Below, one piece after another: positions 37,810-52,100 of a stretch of DNA of 64,000 nt (its first letter is position 1; each line of letters opens with the position of its first letter). Made by a program: the position numbers and the translations under genes. This DNA is from Takakia lepidozioides (Eukaryota; Plantae; Bryophyta), in assembly GCA_030704615.1 (NCBI GenBank), contig CM060732.1, positions 30,876,001 through 30,940,000 on the forward strand, given 5' to 3'. The notes below the pieces were generated by a model. It had not been told where the DNA came from. It saw only the letters and a program-made list of their open reading frames with translations, and did not search any database.

Positions 37810-38968
37810 AATGTAACCTCTAGACATGCGTTTGGGTTGCAAGTTTTGGCCAAGAGGGAGGTAGTGCTCAGGGACAGTTGAGTGTTCTGGAGGGAACTGG
37901 GAGCCTTTTAACAACATTTGTGCTAGGGACACCACCATGCAATGTGCCAAATGATCATATACATGGGGGAACATTCTTGTTGCGGAGAAGACACATGTTA
38001 CTTCGCAACAATCACCTGATACAATTTTTACCTTAATTGTTCAATTGCTGATGATGAGGCCCAGACACGCGACATGTGATAATGAGGCTCGTATATGTAA
38101 CATTTGATTAGTGAGGCTCAGATGTGTGATATCTGATCCAGTTGACTGCCTCCTATTCCTCAGATACTACACCACACTTGCCATTTGTTCTACCGGGACA
38201 AGGAAAATGATTGATTAGGTTATTACACATCTAGCTTGCAGGTTAGCTGCAAGATGAGCTCCTCTCTGCTAGCTGCCTATATTGACTGAATCTGGCAGCT
38301 CAAATGACTTTGATTGGTGTGAAAGAGAAGGAAAGAGCAGTTTGTACTAGGCTACAAGGCAATTCTGCTAATGGGATCTTGGTTGCAAATGTCCGAGTTT
38401 TGTCCATCAGTTTAAGCAACCTACAAGGCTGTGTATGGTGATTACCATCATGGTAGTCCACATGAAATGGTGGGCGATTGTGGCCAAAGCATCAGAATGC
38501 CTTAAGGATTCTATGAACTATCCCATACTGCAGTCAAGACCCCTTGTTCAGACAACAACTGAAGCTTTTAGCACTACTGCAGTGTTTAACAATGTTTCTA
38601 CCTAGAAAAGGAAATTGTGGAGTTCTATCAACTAAACTCCTCAGTCAGTTGTCAAATCTCAGCCATTTTGGTTGTCAGAACAATTTTGCATGCCAGTGGA
38701 AAAATCACAGCGATACTGTACAGACATAATCATCACTTACAGTGACCATCAGAACAGTTGCTTTGGATACACAACAGCATGTGCACCTTGAAAGGGAGAC
38801 ACTAGCAACATGCACATTGAGTGCCTGTTCATGCCTACCCACGCAAGCTTTCAAAAAGGGGATTGATACTCAACACTAGTAAAACTCAAAAAAGAAGTCC
38901 ACTAGGGGCAAAAAAGGTAATATTGTCATCCTAAAAGTTCCTCTCCCCATCTCAGGCTGCGTGGTCTT

Positions 38969-41900
38969 CTATCGAAGAGATGAGGGGGCAGGTGGCGGGG
39001 TCGGCATGGAGGACTTGGCAAGACCCACCCATGCTATCACTCCAATGGCAAGCACAATCCATCCCATCACATCATATTTGAGATCACTGTCCTTCTTCTT
39101 TTTCTTTCCTCCCTGTAAGCATGCCAATAGTTACACCACGAGTCAGATCACCTAGGTATTGTCATACTCGGCCTTTTGGCAGACTGACCAGAGTCATCAA
39201 GCAATTTCTACAGATCCACAGAACTTGTTAGTGGGACAAGAATCATGCAGGAGCATGCAACGAAAGTGATCATAGGAACTTCACTTGGGAGCAAACACTG
39301 GTGACAACGTGGGAAAACTAATGATATCACTCCTCTTTGACAGTGATTTTCCTGGATTCTTGTTATGGCCGAGTCCCTTCAGCTGTTCAGTAACTAGAGA
39401 ATTCCCGGACAACTTGGAGAACAGACAAATAGAAGTCATTGATATTGCATCATTGCATGATCTCTGAGGTGTTGGGACCACAGCCAATAAAATGCTTGAG
39501 GAAATGTCAGGGTTGACACCCTCCAGTCTAATAGTACCTTCGAAGTGCTAGCGCCAATTGAACTTGCACCACCTCCCAAAATCACCTGCTGTGAGGCCAG
39601 CTGCTTCTGAAGCTCTTGATGCAATGACGGTGCCTGCCCTCCCGCAGCCAAAGAAATTCACGTTGAGCTCAGTGTTAAAACAAAAAAGTTGACTCCTGCT
39701 GTATTAATTGATGTTGATCTCAGTGCTTACGATCTAGGCCCTATGTTGTGATTGCACCCGTCACATTTCAGCCCATCAGTCAATATCTAGTCCATTGCAA
39801 TAGGTTGGTGGATAGCTGATTTCGCTTGGTTTCTGGTGGGCACACAACCTGTACGAGGGGGGTTACAATGGGGCCTATGCTGTAGGGACATGCCATAACA
39901 GCGGGTCCAATGACTCAGTTCCTTGCCACTGTCTCTAATTAGGCAGTCCTTCACTCAACTGTCACTGACTGTGCAACCACAGCCAGATGCGATGTCAATG
40001 CCAGCACACGAATCAACAGTCTGTGTTGTGTAATCAGATTCTCGTCGGATGTCTGCAAGCACTATGCCAATGTCTGGCTGAGTCTCATACTCTCCTGGGC
40101 TGAAAGACCACAACTAGCTAGGATCCTGCAAGGCTATGCCCATAAGTGGAAGTCGTAGCTAACATTTGCAGGGAGATGGCCAATGAGAGCATCTTCTCTT
40201 TGGTGAACTGCACGACCAAGGACAATTGCTTGTGGGTGAGAATACCTTGTCAGTCATCTCCAGGGCCTTCTGATAGAGCTCATTCTGGGGTGCCTGAATA
40301 TTCATCACATTCACACTACTTCAGCATCCAGTGGCACCATGCTACACGATGTCATATCTACTGAGCATGACTGGAAATTCCATTTAAACACAAAGAATCA
40401 AGGGCAATTTGATAAAATCATATCTTGACTTGGACGATTCTCTGACTAAATGATTGATTGAACATCATGTCTCAAGGGGCTGAAGATAAAATCAAACCTC
40501 AACTTTGAAGATACAACTCTCTCTGACTGAAGGAATGACTAAAGCAACAACATTCATTCAACTACCGAGTAAAGACTTCATACCAACTTTAAAAGGTAAC
40601 AGATGTTGCACAAGCCCGAGCTAAAACCTAAACTAGTGCATTAGGAAGTAACATCCACAGAGCTGCTCCTGATCAACCAACGAATAACTTGCAGATTCCT
40701 GTGTGGTGGAGGGGTTAAGATTGAAACGCACCTCGTCAATTGCCTGCTGAAAGCACCCAGCAGCTTTCTTGAAAAAACTGTTGGCCTTGTCAGTCTCAGT
40801 CACCAGAAATCCCTGGGATGTGTAGGCATTACCAAGGCACCAGAGTGTGTCATGCTTGCGAGGATTGATGCGAAGAGCTTCCTGCAGCTTTGACACCGCA
40901 TCTACAACCCCACATACAGTCCAAGACCTCAAGCTGTACCCAAGGAACCTTTAAACTGTCAGGATAACAAGATTCCACCCTTGTCCCTTTAAAAATTTTA
41001 AATTCAAAACTACACAATGCGTTCATACTTCGTACCTTCCCTTATGGTTTTTGTTGCACATGCTTCAAGTAGGCACATGTTTCAATTTGACACCTACGAT
41101 GTTCAACTGCATCCGCTAGGTGCAACCAGCATTTCTTGACTTCTGAGGTCCTTTAACAGACTGCTGACCAAACAGGCAGATACCAGAGAGATGACAAGAG
41201 AGATACCCTCAACCATGTCAATGGAATCCTGGCCCTGCCTAAAATGCGCCAGCTCCAGAAGGGCCCCACCCCATCTTGTCAAATTCTGTCCTCCCATCCA
41301 TGCCCTTAAACCCCTTGAGAATCAAGTAACAGGTTCAGGGATCCAGGCAACCCTCAGCAGTTTTGTTTTGACAAACTGGTCACTCCTTACCATACTATCT
41401 GAGCTCCCATATCAACAGATAAAGTATGGTTTGTCGTCAAAGGAAACTCTCTCCCTCTCTCTCTAGTCTCACGAGTGCAACTATTTAACTTTGAACTGTT
41501 AATCTGCTGTTGCCAGCCCTTTTATCAAACCTCACTTGACTGTTCGGACTAATGCAATGTTGGGTTGAGATTCATACCCTGGTGGATTAACAGTCTAGGA
41601 TAAGGTTTGAGAGTTTAAATATTCTGGGGCCAATTAGGCCCCCCTCCATGGTCAGTAGCAGCCAAGATCAGCAACAAGTCCAAATATTCCAAACTATTCA
41701 GAAGCACACATCCACCAAACTTAACGTGGAATCTAAGGACTCCACTTTCAATTGGATTGCTGTTGGATTTCCCTGTTCAGTCCTTCTCACTCTAGCAGTT
41801 TATTAAGAGAAGATCCAGCACACAGTGTCTTGTTGCTGCACAGCCTAGCATCGCAAATAATCTTGTTGCTCCCACCACACTGACTTCTTGGATCCGCCAG

Positions 41901-42894
41901 AAAGCAGGAAAGATAAGCAATCTGTGAATGAAAGAACCTTCCAACTGGTTAGCCCAGTGATGGGTCACTGCGGCCACATAACAGGAGGCTCTGGGTTCAG
42001 AGTCCAGTGGTGGTGTCCGTTGTTCGATGCACTGTGAGGTGGTGCGTCCAGAAGCCATGTGGTCATCGCCCCTGAAAATTCCGTAGTTCAGGGGCTTCCC
42101 AGCGGCTAGGAGACAAACCGAGCAAGCCCAGTCGTTTTGTAAGCGGCAAAATAAAGTGCCAGCAACCTCACAGGCAGTTCAAGGAGGTACTAGGGGTTAG
42201 CTCTGGCCGTCATTGTCCTTATGGATCAACGGCATGTCAACCTATCCGAGACTTGGGCTTCACTCTAATAGACCCTAGACGTACAACTCTGACACGTCTG
42301 ATCGTTTAGCCACTGTTATCCTTCGAACTACTTATGTCCTGAAAATACTTCCACTCTCACAACCCTGATCACATTTGGACACTGGTAACCAGCCGAGTCA
42401 TGATGCTGGGATGGTTATGCAGACCATCTTGAGAGCCCTAATCTGATAATTTTGTTTGCAAAATTTCCAGTAGGAGGGATGAATTCCGATTGTACGCTCA
42501 ACCCTAGAGTGCATCCCTGTTGAGAGCAATGAAATGAAGAGAGTTATCATTTACAACAAATAAGAGACTTCCCGCACTTCTCTAGAAGGATCACTTCTCA
42601 TCAATCGAAGCTACGTACACTACATGGAGCAACCAATCCAACTGCGCACTGAAACTTCAAGCAACCCTTCCCCACTGACACATTCACGCTAGAACAATTC
42701 AACCAGGCCATGAAACTCATCGGCACTGAGAGAGAGGGGTAATGCAGAGGGAGAGGGATGAGTGAGACACACAGAGAGAAGGAGCGCGTCATTACATCAG
42801 GATCTGTAGGGGAGCGAATGTAGTCAGCAGCTGCCTTCTCACGGGTCTGTTCAAAGAACATAAGCCGCTCAAGCTCCTCCCTTTGCATCTCCAT
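38969..42894 (-). CDS. TOM20: Plant mitochondrial import receptor TOM20, 6 exons
   Basis: Exons 42894-42796, 41285-41207, 40901-40732, 40293-40246, 39633-39538 and 39112-38969 are phase-consistent. Motifs: [44 protein letters not shown] plus a C-terminal TM segment. Confidence 0.95.
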
Positions 42895-43876
42895 AGCGAC
42901 CCTGTGCAGGCACACGAGCACGCAGCAGACGAGACAGCCACTCTCAAACACGCAGACAGGAACGGCACGCGAGAGAGAGGGACACTGTGCGCTTCTCAGT
43001 GCCCTAATAACAACCTCATGTCCTCTCTCATCTCATGTGTTTCTCCCATGACCCTGTGCCTCATGTTCTCCGTGCTTAATGGCTCCTCCCTCCGCTATCC
43101 TTGCAAGTGCGGTGTTTGTGTGCGCTGTGAGGATTAGAGGATGATTCAAGAACTAGAAAAGGATGAGAAGAGGGGGCTTGGGCGAGACACAGGGTGCAAA
43201 AGAAACGAAGGAAAGTGTAAGCAAGTTTCAGTTAACCCCTCAAGGACGAGAGTTTTTTTTGTGATTTAAAAAAAAACCGGACATGGCCTAACTTGAGTGG
43301 ATGTATGTTGTTGCCAAAGTTCATCCACATGGATGAACTGTACAATGTTGTCACTAACTACATCATACAGGTGGTCAAAAATTTTCAGGTCTTTTCACCG
43401 TTGGAATGAGTAGATTATAATGAGTAGATTATAATGTGGGAGTGACCCCCAATTTGTAAGCTCATATGTAAACTCATGGAAAAACTTGGTTTGACCCCCA
43501 ATTCTCCTTGTTCCGGTTCCTTCTTCCGCTCGTGTGGTAAGGCCCGGAATACTTGGGTTTTGGACGTGGGGGATCTTTTCAAGGTGTCCAGCTGGGTATG
43601 GTGTGAGGTGGCTCTGTTGGATGGATGTTGTGAATGGGAGTTCTGGTGTGTAAGGTTTGATTTCCTCATAAGACAGGTTCCTGCCTATTGAGCAAGCTTG
43701 CTTTGCCGGCTCTATCCTTAAGAAAATTAGGCAGTCACCACAGAGGAGGTAGAGTAAACCCACAGATGGGAACATTACATTACAGGCCTTGGTCAGTCTT
43801 TTCTGGATAGAGACTTTCGCCGCTTCTGTAATGCCTGTGATCGTCTCTGTGCGATATCGGTTATTTTAGTGACGTG

Positions 43877-44977
43877 TAGGGAATTCCAAAAGGCCTTGAT
43901 GTGAAATGCATCGCAATTCACTTGATCACCCCCCTAAAAGTGCGCAATTCAATTAGTTGGCAATTCAATTGAATTGCTGACTACAATTCAATTGAATTGT
44001 AATCTATAATTTTTTAACTTATTTTTATATATAATATATAATACATATGTACATGTATATATTCAAATTATATTTATACACATATAAGAGTATAAGCTAA
44101 AAATACATGTTGCCCGTCTATTCTTGCTGGCCCTCTTACTTGTGCCCTTGAGGAAATTGTGGAGTTGTGAAGCCACCCTCAGCCTCAACGAGAAAGGGAG
44201 AGCCAGAGACGGAGACAGATCGGCAGCTTCCTGTGATTCACTGGCAAAAGAAACATGGCTGGCTCCGAAAAAAACAGACAAAATCAAACCTGACAATTGA
44301 TGAAAGGCTTCCCCTGCATCACCATGTAGTCCCCTAACACTAGTATCTGGCCCAAGACAAAGAAAACAAAAAACATGTTCATCTTGAGAATTATCAAAAA
44401 TTTCGATACCCTTACAAAGGTATCATGTTGAAGTTGGGATGTGTGTTCTATATAAGTTTAATATATCAAACTCTTACACGTTGATACTCTTACATTGGTA
44501 TCATGTTTGGTATATGTACATAGCCATATATTGGCACCAACATCCACAAAGAGAGACGATCCCGCTTTTACAAGCGCTTCGTGACTTCCCCTCTCTCTCT
44601 CTCTCCCTCTCTCGCTCTCCCTTAAGCTTATCTTGGGCTCAAGCCTTACCACGGGCAAAGGATTGACAGACGGACAGCAAGAATAGACTGGCAACATGTA
44701 TTTTTAGCTTATACCTGTGTATGTATATATATATATATAATTTAAATATATACATATATATTATATACAGAAATAAGTTAAAAATTATAGATTACAATTC
44801 AATTGAATTGTAGTCAGCAATTCAGTTGAATTGCCAATTCGAAATTCAATTGAATCGTGTGCCGACAATTCAATTGAATTCCAAATTAGGGTTAGTTCAA
44901 TTGAATTGCGCACTTTTAGGGGGGTGATCAAGTGAATTGCGATGCATTTCACATCAAGGCCTTTTTGGAGTTCCCTA
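43877..44977. mobile_element. Foldback/long-TIR non-autonomous DNA transposon
   Basis: TAGGGAATTCC...GGAGTTCCCTA ends. Inverted arms of ~255-300 bp (43877-44132 and 44672-44977) contain AATTCAATTGAATT subrepeats. Possible TA target duplication. Confidence 0.85.
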
Positions 44978-47415
44978 GACATGGTCGGACCTGCAACGCA
45001 CGATAGGGGGGTTTAAGAATGCTGTGGGGACTCGTAGTGAATGTGCGATCAACCAGATCTCGCGACACTGTCAAAGCAGACGAAGTACAAAGGCATAAGT
45101 CCTGTCATAGTACGCTCTCCCTCTCTCCTGTAATGGCATACGACTACACAGGAGAAGCTGTTGCTCACAGGCGATGACTCAGACTTGTGCACATGAATTC
45201 TCATCCAAAGTACCTACTAGAAGTCTGCTAGTGTCTTTTATACAATCCGGATTACATATACCGTTATAAGTGATTGTCAGGGTGATTTGTGTCTTCATTT
45301 CAACTGCATTGTCTAAGCATTTATACAACATTATCCACCTCCTTACACTTCCCGCTTATTTTTCTCTTATCTCAGGGAAAATAGAAAAGGCAAGGACAAA
45401 ATAAAGTTGCAAGTTACCAACTCACCCATTTTGTCATTCATGATCAGGTAAAGGTCAAAGTGAAAGGTAAAAGTTAAAAAGTGAAGTTTGTTTAACGTCA
45501 AGTGAATTTACAGAGCCTACTTGCTCAACAGAGAGCCCATCCAGGGGCCAATGGACGGTTGAAGGCACATGGTGAGGATTGAACCCAGGATCACCCAGGT
45601 TCTGTACAGGCAAGGCACAGATACCTACCTGCTCAAGCTACAGTGTTGGAATCGGACTGCAAGCACACCCTATCCTTGCTACCTGCCTACCTACGTACCA
45701 TATCGGTACTTTCTCAGTAGGCCTCTCTTGTTGACTATTCTGTCAAAACAAGTGTCATACGCACACGTACACACATGGCAGGTCTGTAAGCCGCAGATGT
45801 GACCGCTTGTTGCACAGCGAGCACGTGTCACAGTCTGCAGCTGCCGGCCTTCTCGTCTCGTGCCCCTCTACCTACCTGCCTTCCTACCTACTTCTGTGCT
45901 GGGCCCCAATTCCCTGTCACATTTTAACTTAATAATCCCAAATAGAGTTTAACCACCGCCCTTTAGTTCAAACTTCACATCTCTATTATTCCTATTTTCT
46001 GTAGATTTTCGGAAGTCTTAAGAATATCCTTCCAGGGCCTCTGTCCGGTCCTGCCAGGCAGGCTCAGTTTTTCAATTAAATTTAATTTTAAAAATTAAAA
46101 ATAATTCTGTGGGCCAGCGGCTACTGTCGCTCTTCATATAGAATAAACAGGCAATCTGGATGACCCTGGGGTCAAATCCTGCTACTTGACGCGTGTGGTA
46201 CATGCTTCTCCCCCTTCCCTGCGCAGGTGTCGCATAGGAAAGCCTTACGGCGAGGTTACTGAGAGGTTATTTTCTCCTCTCTCTATCAAAGATAGAAAAA
46301 AAAAAAGAAAAAAGATTCAAGGGGCCTGATTTGTTAGCTGTCGCTCCCAGGTGTTTCCCTTTAAAAAAACAAAAACAGATAAATAATTGTGGACCTTCAA
46401 AGTTCAAAGTTAAGCCGACATTCTACCCTGGAGAGGCAAAAGATTCAAGGAGGCAGGTCGCCAGCTGGCAGATACTTTATAACTTGTGGGACCCAATTAT
46501 ATCACGTGGCACTCTCTCACTCGTTATCATCCAGATACCATCTAATATACACGAGTTTCATAGGTTCCACCGTCACACGAGTAAACTTGTTGACTCACAT
46601 GAGTATAATATTCTTTAAGAAAAAAGGTATTGAAACTTTTTGTAAATTATTTTCTAACATTACAGATGTACGTTTTTTCTTTCTATGAGATCTCTGTCTT
46701 CCATTGATTATGAACTGCAGGGCAAAGTCCTCTTTCTTCGAAAGAAACGAGAACGTGTTTATCGAGATTGAATGGAGAGAATGGAGAGATTGAACCCAGG
46801 ATCATCGTGGCTATGGTGCACAGGCAAGGCGCGCAGGTGAGGGACGCTGCTTTCCTCAGTGGCTGCCACGTGACCTCTACGCTTCCGGCGGATGAAACAG
46901 CCAGGAAAAAATGGCGGGACGGGACAAGCCAATAGAAGTGAGACAGCGCAGCCCTAACACGGTGAAGCAGTCCCTATACAAGCCCGGCTCCTTCCCCGTT
47001 TCATCACATCCTCAGTTGAGCTGCTCTCTTCAGTCTCTCTTCAAGTCTGAGAGACTTGATTCGTGAACACATCGTAAAGCTTCGATTCGTGTGTTTGTGC
47101 CTCTTTCAACTCTGTCTGCAGCTCATAGTTATATAGACGCTCTCGAATTCACTTAAGCTATGTTTTCAGTTTGGAGCTAACGATTTGCCATACTTCTCTT
47201 ACAGTAAGTCCTCTTAAGCTCTGAGCAGACACTTCACCTGAACTTCAATTACACTTCAATTTCACGCCTGTATAACCCTGCATCTGTTGGTGATCTCCTC
47301 CTTAACTTGGAAGATCTACTACTCTTTCCAAGGCTTCACTGTTGCAGCTTAGTTATCCGCTTTCAGTTGCTTAGTTATCCCTAACCTCAGAGTCCGGAGA
47401 AGCACCTCAAAGGGC

Positions 47416-47916
47416 ATGAATAGACCGAGGCATGTAGGGGGGCCGCCATCGTCACCATGGATACCAGTTGCAATTATAGGGATAATCTTCTTGATTGCAG
47501 GGGGGCCGTTCTCCGCTCGTCCGGATCCCATCGCCTACCAAGCAGCCAGGACAGCAAGTGGTTTCCAAATGCCTGTCCTATGGATTCCTGTAGTCTTAAT
47601 TATAGCTCTCCAGTGGCTAGCTGCGTCTAAACCTGGTAGTTGGTGGCCTCGGCAACAGCACAGGTACCCCCCTCGGCGGATGCCACCCACTTACAATCGT
47701 CGTGGAGGTCTCTCTTCCTTCGCGCCACCTCTTGACCAGTACGCCAACGATGCGAGCTGGGTGTTGCCTTCGTTCATGGATTTTGGAGGGCATTGGCTTT
47801 TAATTTTGCTTGCGATTGTGTTGTTTACCATAGTTGGATCAAGCCCCTCTTACGCCGTTCGACCGTCCTTTCCGTGGTCTCTCTTCTCACGTCGGGCTGC
47901 GGTGGTTCCGTTCTAG
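47416..47916 (+). CDS. Uncharacterised small membrane protein (three hydrophobic segments)
   Basis: 166-aa ORF with 3 TM-like stretches. Upstream CCAAT (~46929), TATA-like CTATACAA (~46974) and a plausible 5'UTR intron (~47204-47347). Confidence 0.6.
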   Translation: MNRPRHVGGPPSSPWIPVAIIGIIFLIAGGPFSARPDPIAYQAARTASGFQMPVLWIPVVLIIALQWLAASKPGSWWPRQQHRYPPRRMPPTYNRRGGLSSFAPPLDQYANDASWVLPSFMDFGGHWLLILLAIVLFTIVGSSPSYAVRPSFPWSLFSRRAAVVPF

Positions 47917-49157
47917 GCTCAAGTGGAGATATCAAATTGCTACTGCGGCCTTTTACTTCAGGATCTGACCAATGTAACCGAATTCGTTCCTCATCTGCAC
48001 ACGTTGTCTCCCCAGGCAATCCTTGGAGGTGAGTGCATTTAGTATGGTGGTACGACTTGACCTGTGTATATAGATGTATCCTGCATCGAGCGCGTTGCGG
48101 GAAGTTTTGTAACATCTGGACTGGGACGCAAACATATCATTCTGGTTTCCTTGTGAATATCATCCCTCTCACTCGACAATCTTGAAGACTGCGAAATGCT
48201 GAATATCCTCGGTGCCGGGCTTCATCGCAGCTTCAACAGCTTCCTCCAGACTTGTCGCTGGTGGTGCGTATCTGATGGTTTCGTGACGCATTTTCTGATC
48301 GCATGGAGCGATTGCCGGCCCGGTCTGTCATGGCTTCAGTTGAAGCATCTCGCGGGAGCGCATCCAATTGTTGCGAGATTAATTCGTTCTGATCGCATGC
48401 TCTATTACCAGCCGCCGCGAAGTTGATTGGTTTCTCCACTGAATGCATGTTACCCCTGCATGCTTGCATCCGGACGAGTTCCCCCGGTTGCTCCGACCAC
48501 GGATGTCTTTCTCAATCTTGTTCAGGCATTGCAGCACTCAAGTAGAGTATGTGATTCTATTTTTGAAAGTAGAGAAATGGTACATCTGAAGAGAGATTCA
48601 GCTTCGGGAGCGTACATGAAGATGGCACTTACAAACTGGCGAGGCCACCTTTCTTAGAGACGGTGTGTGCAGAGCGAGCACCTGTTCAAATTTTTTGCAC
48701 ATACATACCCAGTAACATGGCAGATTCAACAGTTGTAGCACGTAAGTACCATTCTGTGCGGCAGCTTGAAAGGGAAATTGGTAGCAGACAAGTGTCTTTA
48801 GCAGAGAGAAGAGTGACCATACGCCCTCAAGTACGTGACTAAGTTGTTGTTAAGAATGTAAACATGATGTTGCGGGCTTTGTAAAATATGACATGTTATA
48901 AACCGCACCCAAACTTTTTCATCCTTTCTGCCCGTGTCAGTTTGCACTCATCGCTGCACTGCTTTCCTTAATGATGGTGTGTATGTATGAATTAAAATAC
49001 TGTGGCAATGTGCGCGTCAGCCTGTTTATTTCGCACTACGCTATGTAGAGGACAATGGGTTAGATGTGAATGTAATGTAAGGTACGACCTTACGACCCTC
49101 TTCTGTGGACCCTCGTTTGGAGCGCTCTTGGCAAGCGCTTCGCGGACCACGACGGCT

Positions 49158-52100
49158 ATGTCCTTGTGCCATCTCTCTCACTCGTACCCCCCCATGGCGC
49201 CGTCTTCCCCTTCTCATGACCGCGCACGCCCACCCCATGCCCAAGCCCCTGCCCTCTCGCTTCAGTCATGCGGGAGGCGTCGCGTCGTGCAGAGGCTGTG
49301 CTGTGGAGCTGAAATCGGCATCTCCCTTGGCAATGCGCAGAGGACGACATCCCCTGCATGTAGTTGCTACGCCGCCTCGCCAACCTTCAGGGATGCCATT
49401 CAAATTAGGTGCTAACACGACACTGTTTGCGCTTTCCCTTCTTGAGTTCGCTGTGTTGTGTGGAGTTGTCTTTTGAGCAATTCAGCAGCAACAAACTTAC
49501 TCTGGGCAAAGAAGCAAGAAAGCACAAGGGCCGGTTAGACAAGGTCGATAATTGATATATCTCGCACGTAGGTTAAGGTGGAAGCATGGAGCAGCGCTGG
49601 CAGGAGTTGTATAAGGATCCTTCACAAAGGTGGCACTGCAGCGTTGCCAAGGTGAGCTTTCTTCATGTAGGATGTGAAGGAGTCATAGGGAGTTTGAAAG
49701 AACTGTGGTATGATCATGTTGCGCCTACTGCGTTGTAGCCCTAGTTGTTGAGTGAGGTTCGAAGCGCTTTGCGCTGCAAAATCTGCTTTACTGCCAATAC
49801 CGTAGGTTGTTATTTCGAAGCAGGCAATGAAAGTAGGATGCGCAAGGTCTTTTCCTGGAGTTTGCAAGGTACTTGGGAGAGTTGAGACTGGCTGCTCAGC
49901 TGCTCCCTGGTCGTTTCCACAGACCACTGCGAAATCTCCAGTCTGCAGACATAAGCAGCGCACACAGGAGGGCTTGTGGATGGAAGAAAAACTAATTGCC
50001 ATGCCACAAGATCGAGAACAGTCTGGTGATGGTGGAAAGATATCAGAGTGCGGTTCCAATTCTGGTGTAAATGGTGGAGCTCCTTGGAAGGTCGCAGATG
50101 AAAGTGAGTATGCCTCAGTGACCTGATTAGAGGGGCAGCCTTGTCATGCACAAGCTTGTTTAGCATCTGTGTAAGCGTGGACGTGTGCCTCATTGTGTAG
50201 AGTCCAATGGAGCCCACAGTGACTAGCGTGAATGTTGAAAGCTACACTAGCTCTCTCCATAAAGGAACCGGTAAAAGTGTTGATGATGTCAGAGTTTCGG
50301 GCACAAAGGTCTACCATGGAGCATGGAGCAGTGCTGGCATGAGTTTTTTAAAGATCCTTTACAATGGCAGGACAACCGCACTGGCAAGGTTGGCTTTCTT
50401 AATAGATGATGTGAAGAAGTTTGTCCGTTCTGCTAAAGTGGTCAGTATCATGATTTGTTCTTTTTCCTGGTGTTTACGCGGTACTCAGGAGGGTTAGCTT
50501 GCTCTTAGGAAGCCGTGTCCTAATCTATCCAGTTGCACTGGTGGTTCTTGCAGACCAATCCAATCCCGCCTGACTACAGACACAAGCTATGCAAACAAAA
50601 GGTCCTTTGGGTTGATTGTCAGTTGAATCCTCCTTGGGGGGAAAAAGAGCCAGGTGATCTCATGACACAAGGTCAAAGACACCTTGTTCTTCAACACATT
50701 TCAGCCTGTTTTGCCCTATTTTTCAGACCCCAGTCGGTGGGACAACCGAGGCAAAAAGGTGAATGCCTGTTCACTTACAGAGAGAAGCAGACAGCAAGAT
50801 GCATTGCCAAACTTGGAGATTGTCATGCACTCTCTCTCTCTCCCTCTTCCCAGCACATTTTGAAATTCTTGGGAGTAATTCAGCATAGGAACTAGTCTAT
50901 GATAAGTAGGGTTGGGGTGTTGATTGTCTTTGTCAGCTGCTAGCAGCAAGTGGAGGATCTATGCATTTTTTGGTGCTCAGGCAGGGATAGCTGAAGGAGC
51001 AGGGATGGACTGTGGGTCCAGATTCATCCGAAAGGGATTGAAAGCTACAAGAAACCTGCATGGGTAGATGGTCAACTGAAAGCAGCAGCGGCAGCACACT
51101 TAATAACATCAGTCACCCCCACTATGGCCACAGCTTCCAAAAGAGGACCAAGAGAGGGAATGTATAATACCTCTTCTGGCACTTCTGGGCATGTGAGGAG
51201 GTTATGTGAGGCAGGGCAACTGAAAGCGGCTCTACAGATTTTAAATCAAGGAGGCATTTCAGTCGATTCAGATACTTGTGTCTGTCTCTTGCATACGTGC
51301 ATCAAGATGGAAAGCTTGGAAGCCGGAAAGCAGGTGCACGCTCGCATTATCCAAAGCGGATTAAAGCCAAACGTATTTCTATATAACACCCTTGTCAACA
51401 TGTATGTTAAGTGTGGGAGCATTGTGGATGCAAACAAAGTGTTCAACAAAATGCCTGAACGCAGTTTGATCACATGGAATATTATGATGGCAGGATTTAA
51501 CAAGCATGGGTATGGTAGGAATGCCTTGGAGACATATGAGCAAATGATAGTGGAAGGTGTGAAGCCCAACAACATCACTTTCGTTTGTGTCTGCAATGCA
51601 TGTGCGAGCCTGGCAGTCCTGGAAAAGGGCAAAAAGGTCCATGTTGACATCATCAAATCGGGAATTGTACCAGATGTCATTCTGAACACTGCCCTGTTAC
51701 ACATGTATACTAAATGCAGCAGCATCGAGGATGCAAAGGGAGTGTTCAACAATATGGCGGAACGAAATGTGGTATCCTGGAATGTGATGATCGCAGGATA
51801 TGCCCGGCATGGGTATGGGATGGAGGCTCTGGAGACCTATGAGCAAATGGTGCGGCAAGAGATGAAGCTGGACCAGGTCACGTTTGTTTCTGCTTGCAAT
51901 GCATGTGCGAGACTGGCAGACCTGGAAAAGGGCAAAGAGGTCCATGGTGACATCATCAAAGCTGGAATTGTACCAGATATCATTCTGAACACTGCTTTGG
52001 TTGATATGTATGCCAAATGCGGCAGCATCCAGGATGCAAAGCGAGTGTTTGACAATATGGCCAAACGAAATGTGCTGTCCTGGAGCGCAATGATCACAGG

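Noticed and set aside
45570-46840. tRNA or SINE from the repeated GATTGAACCCAGGATC (B-box-like) at ~45577 and ~46788
   Set aside because: No cloverleaf or clear A-box, and the match is short.
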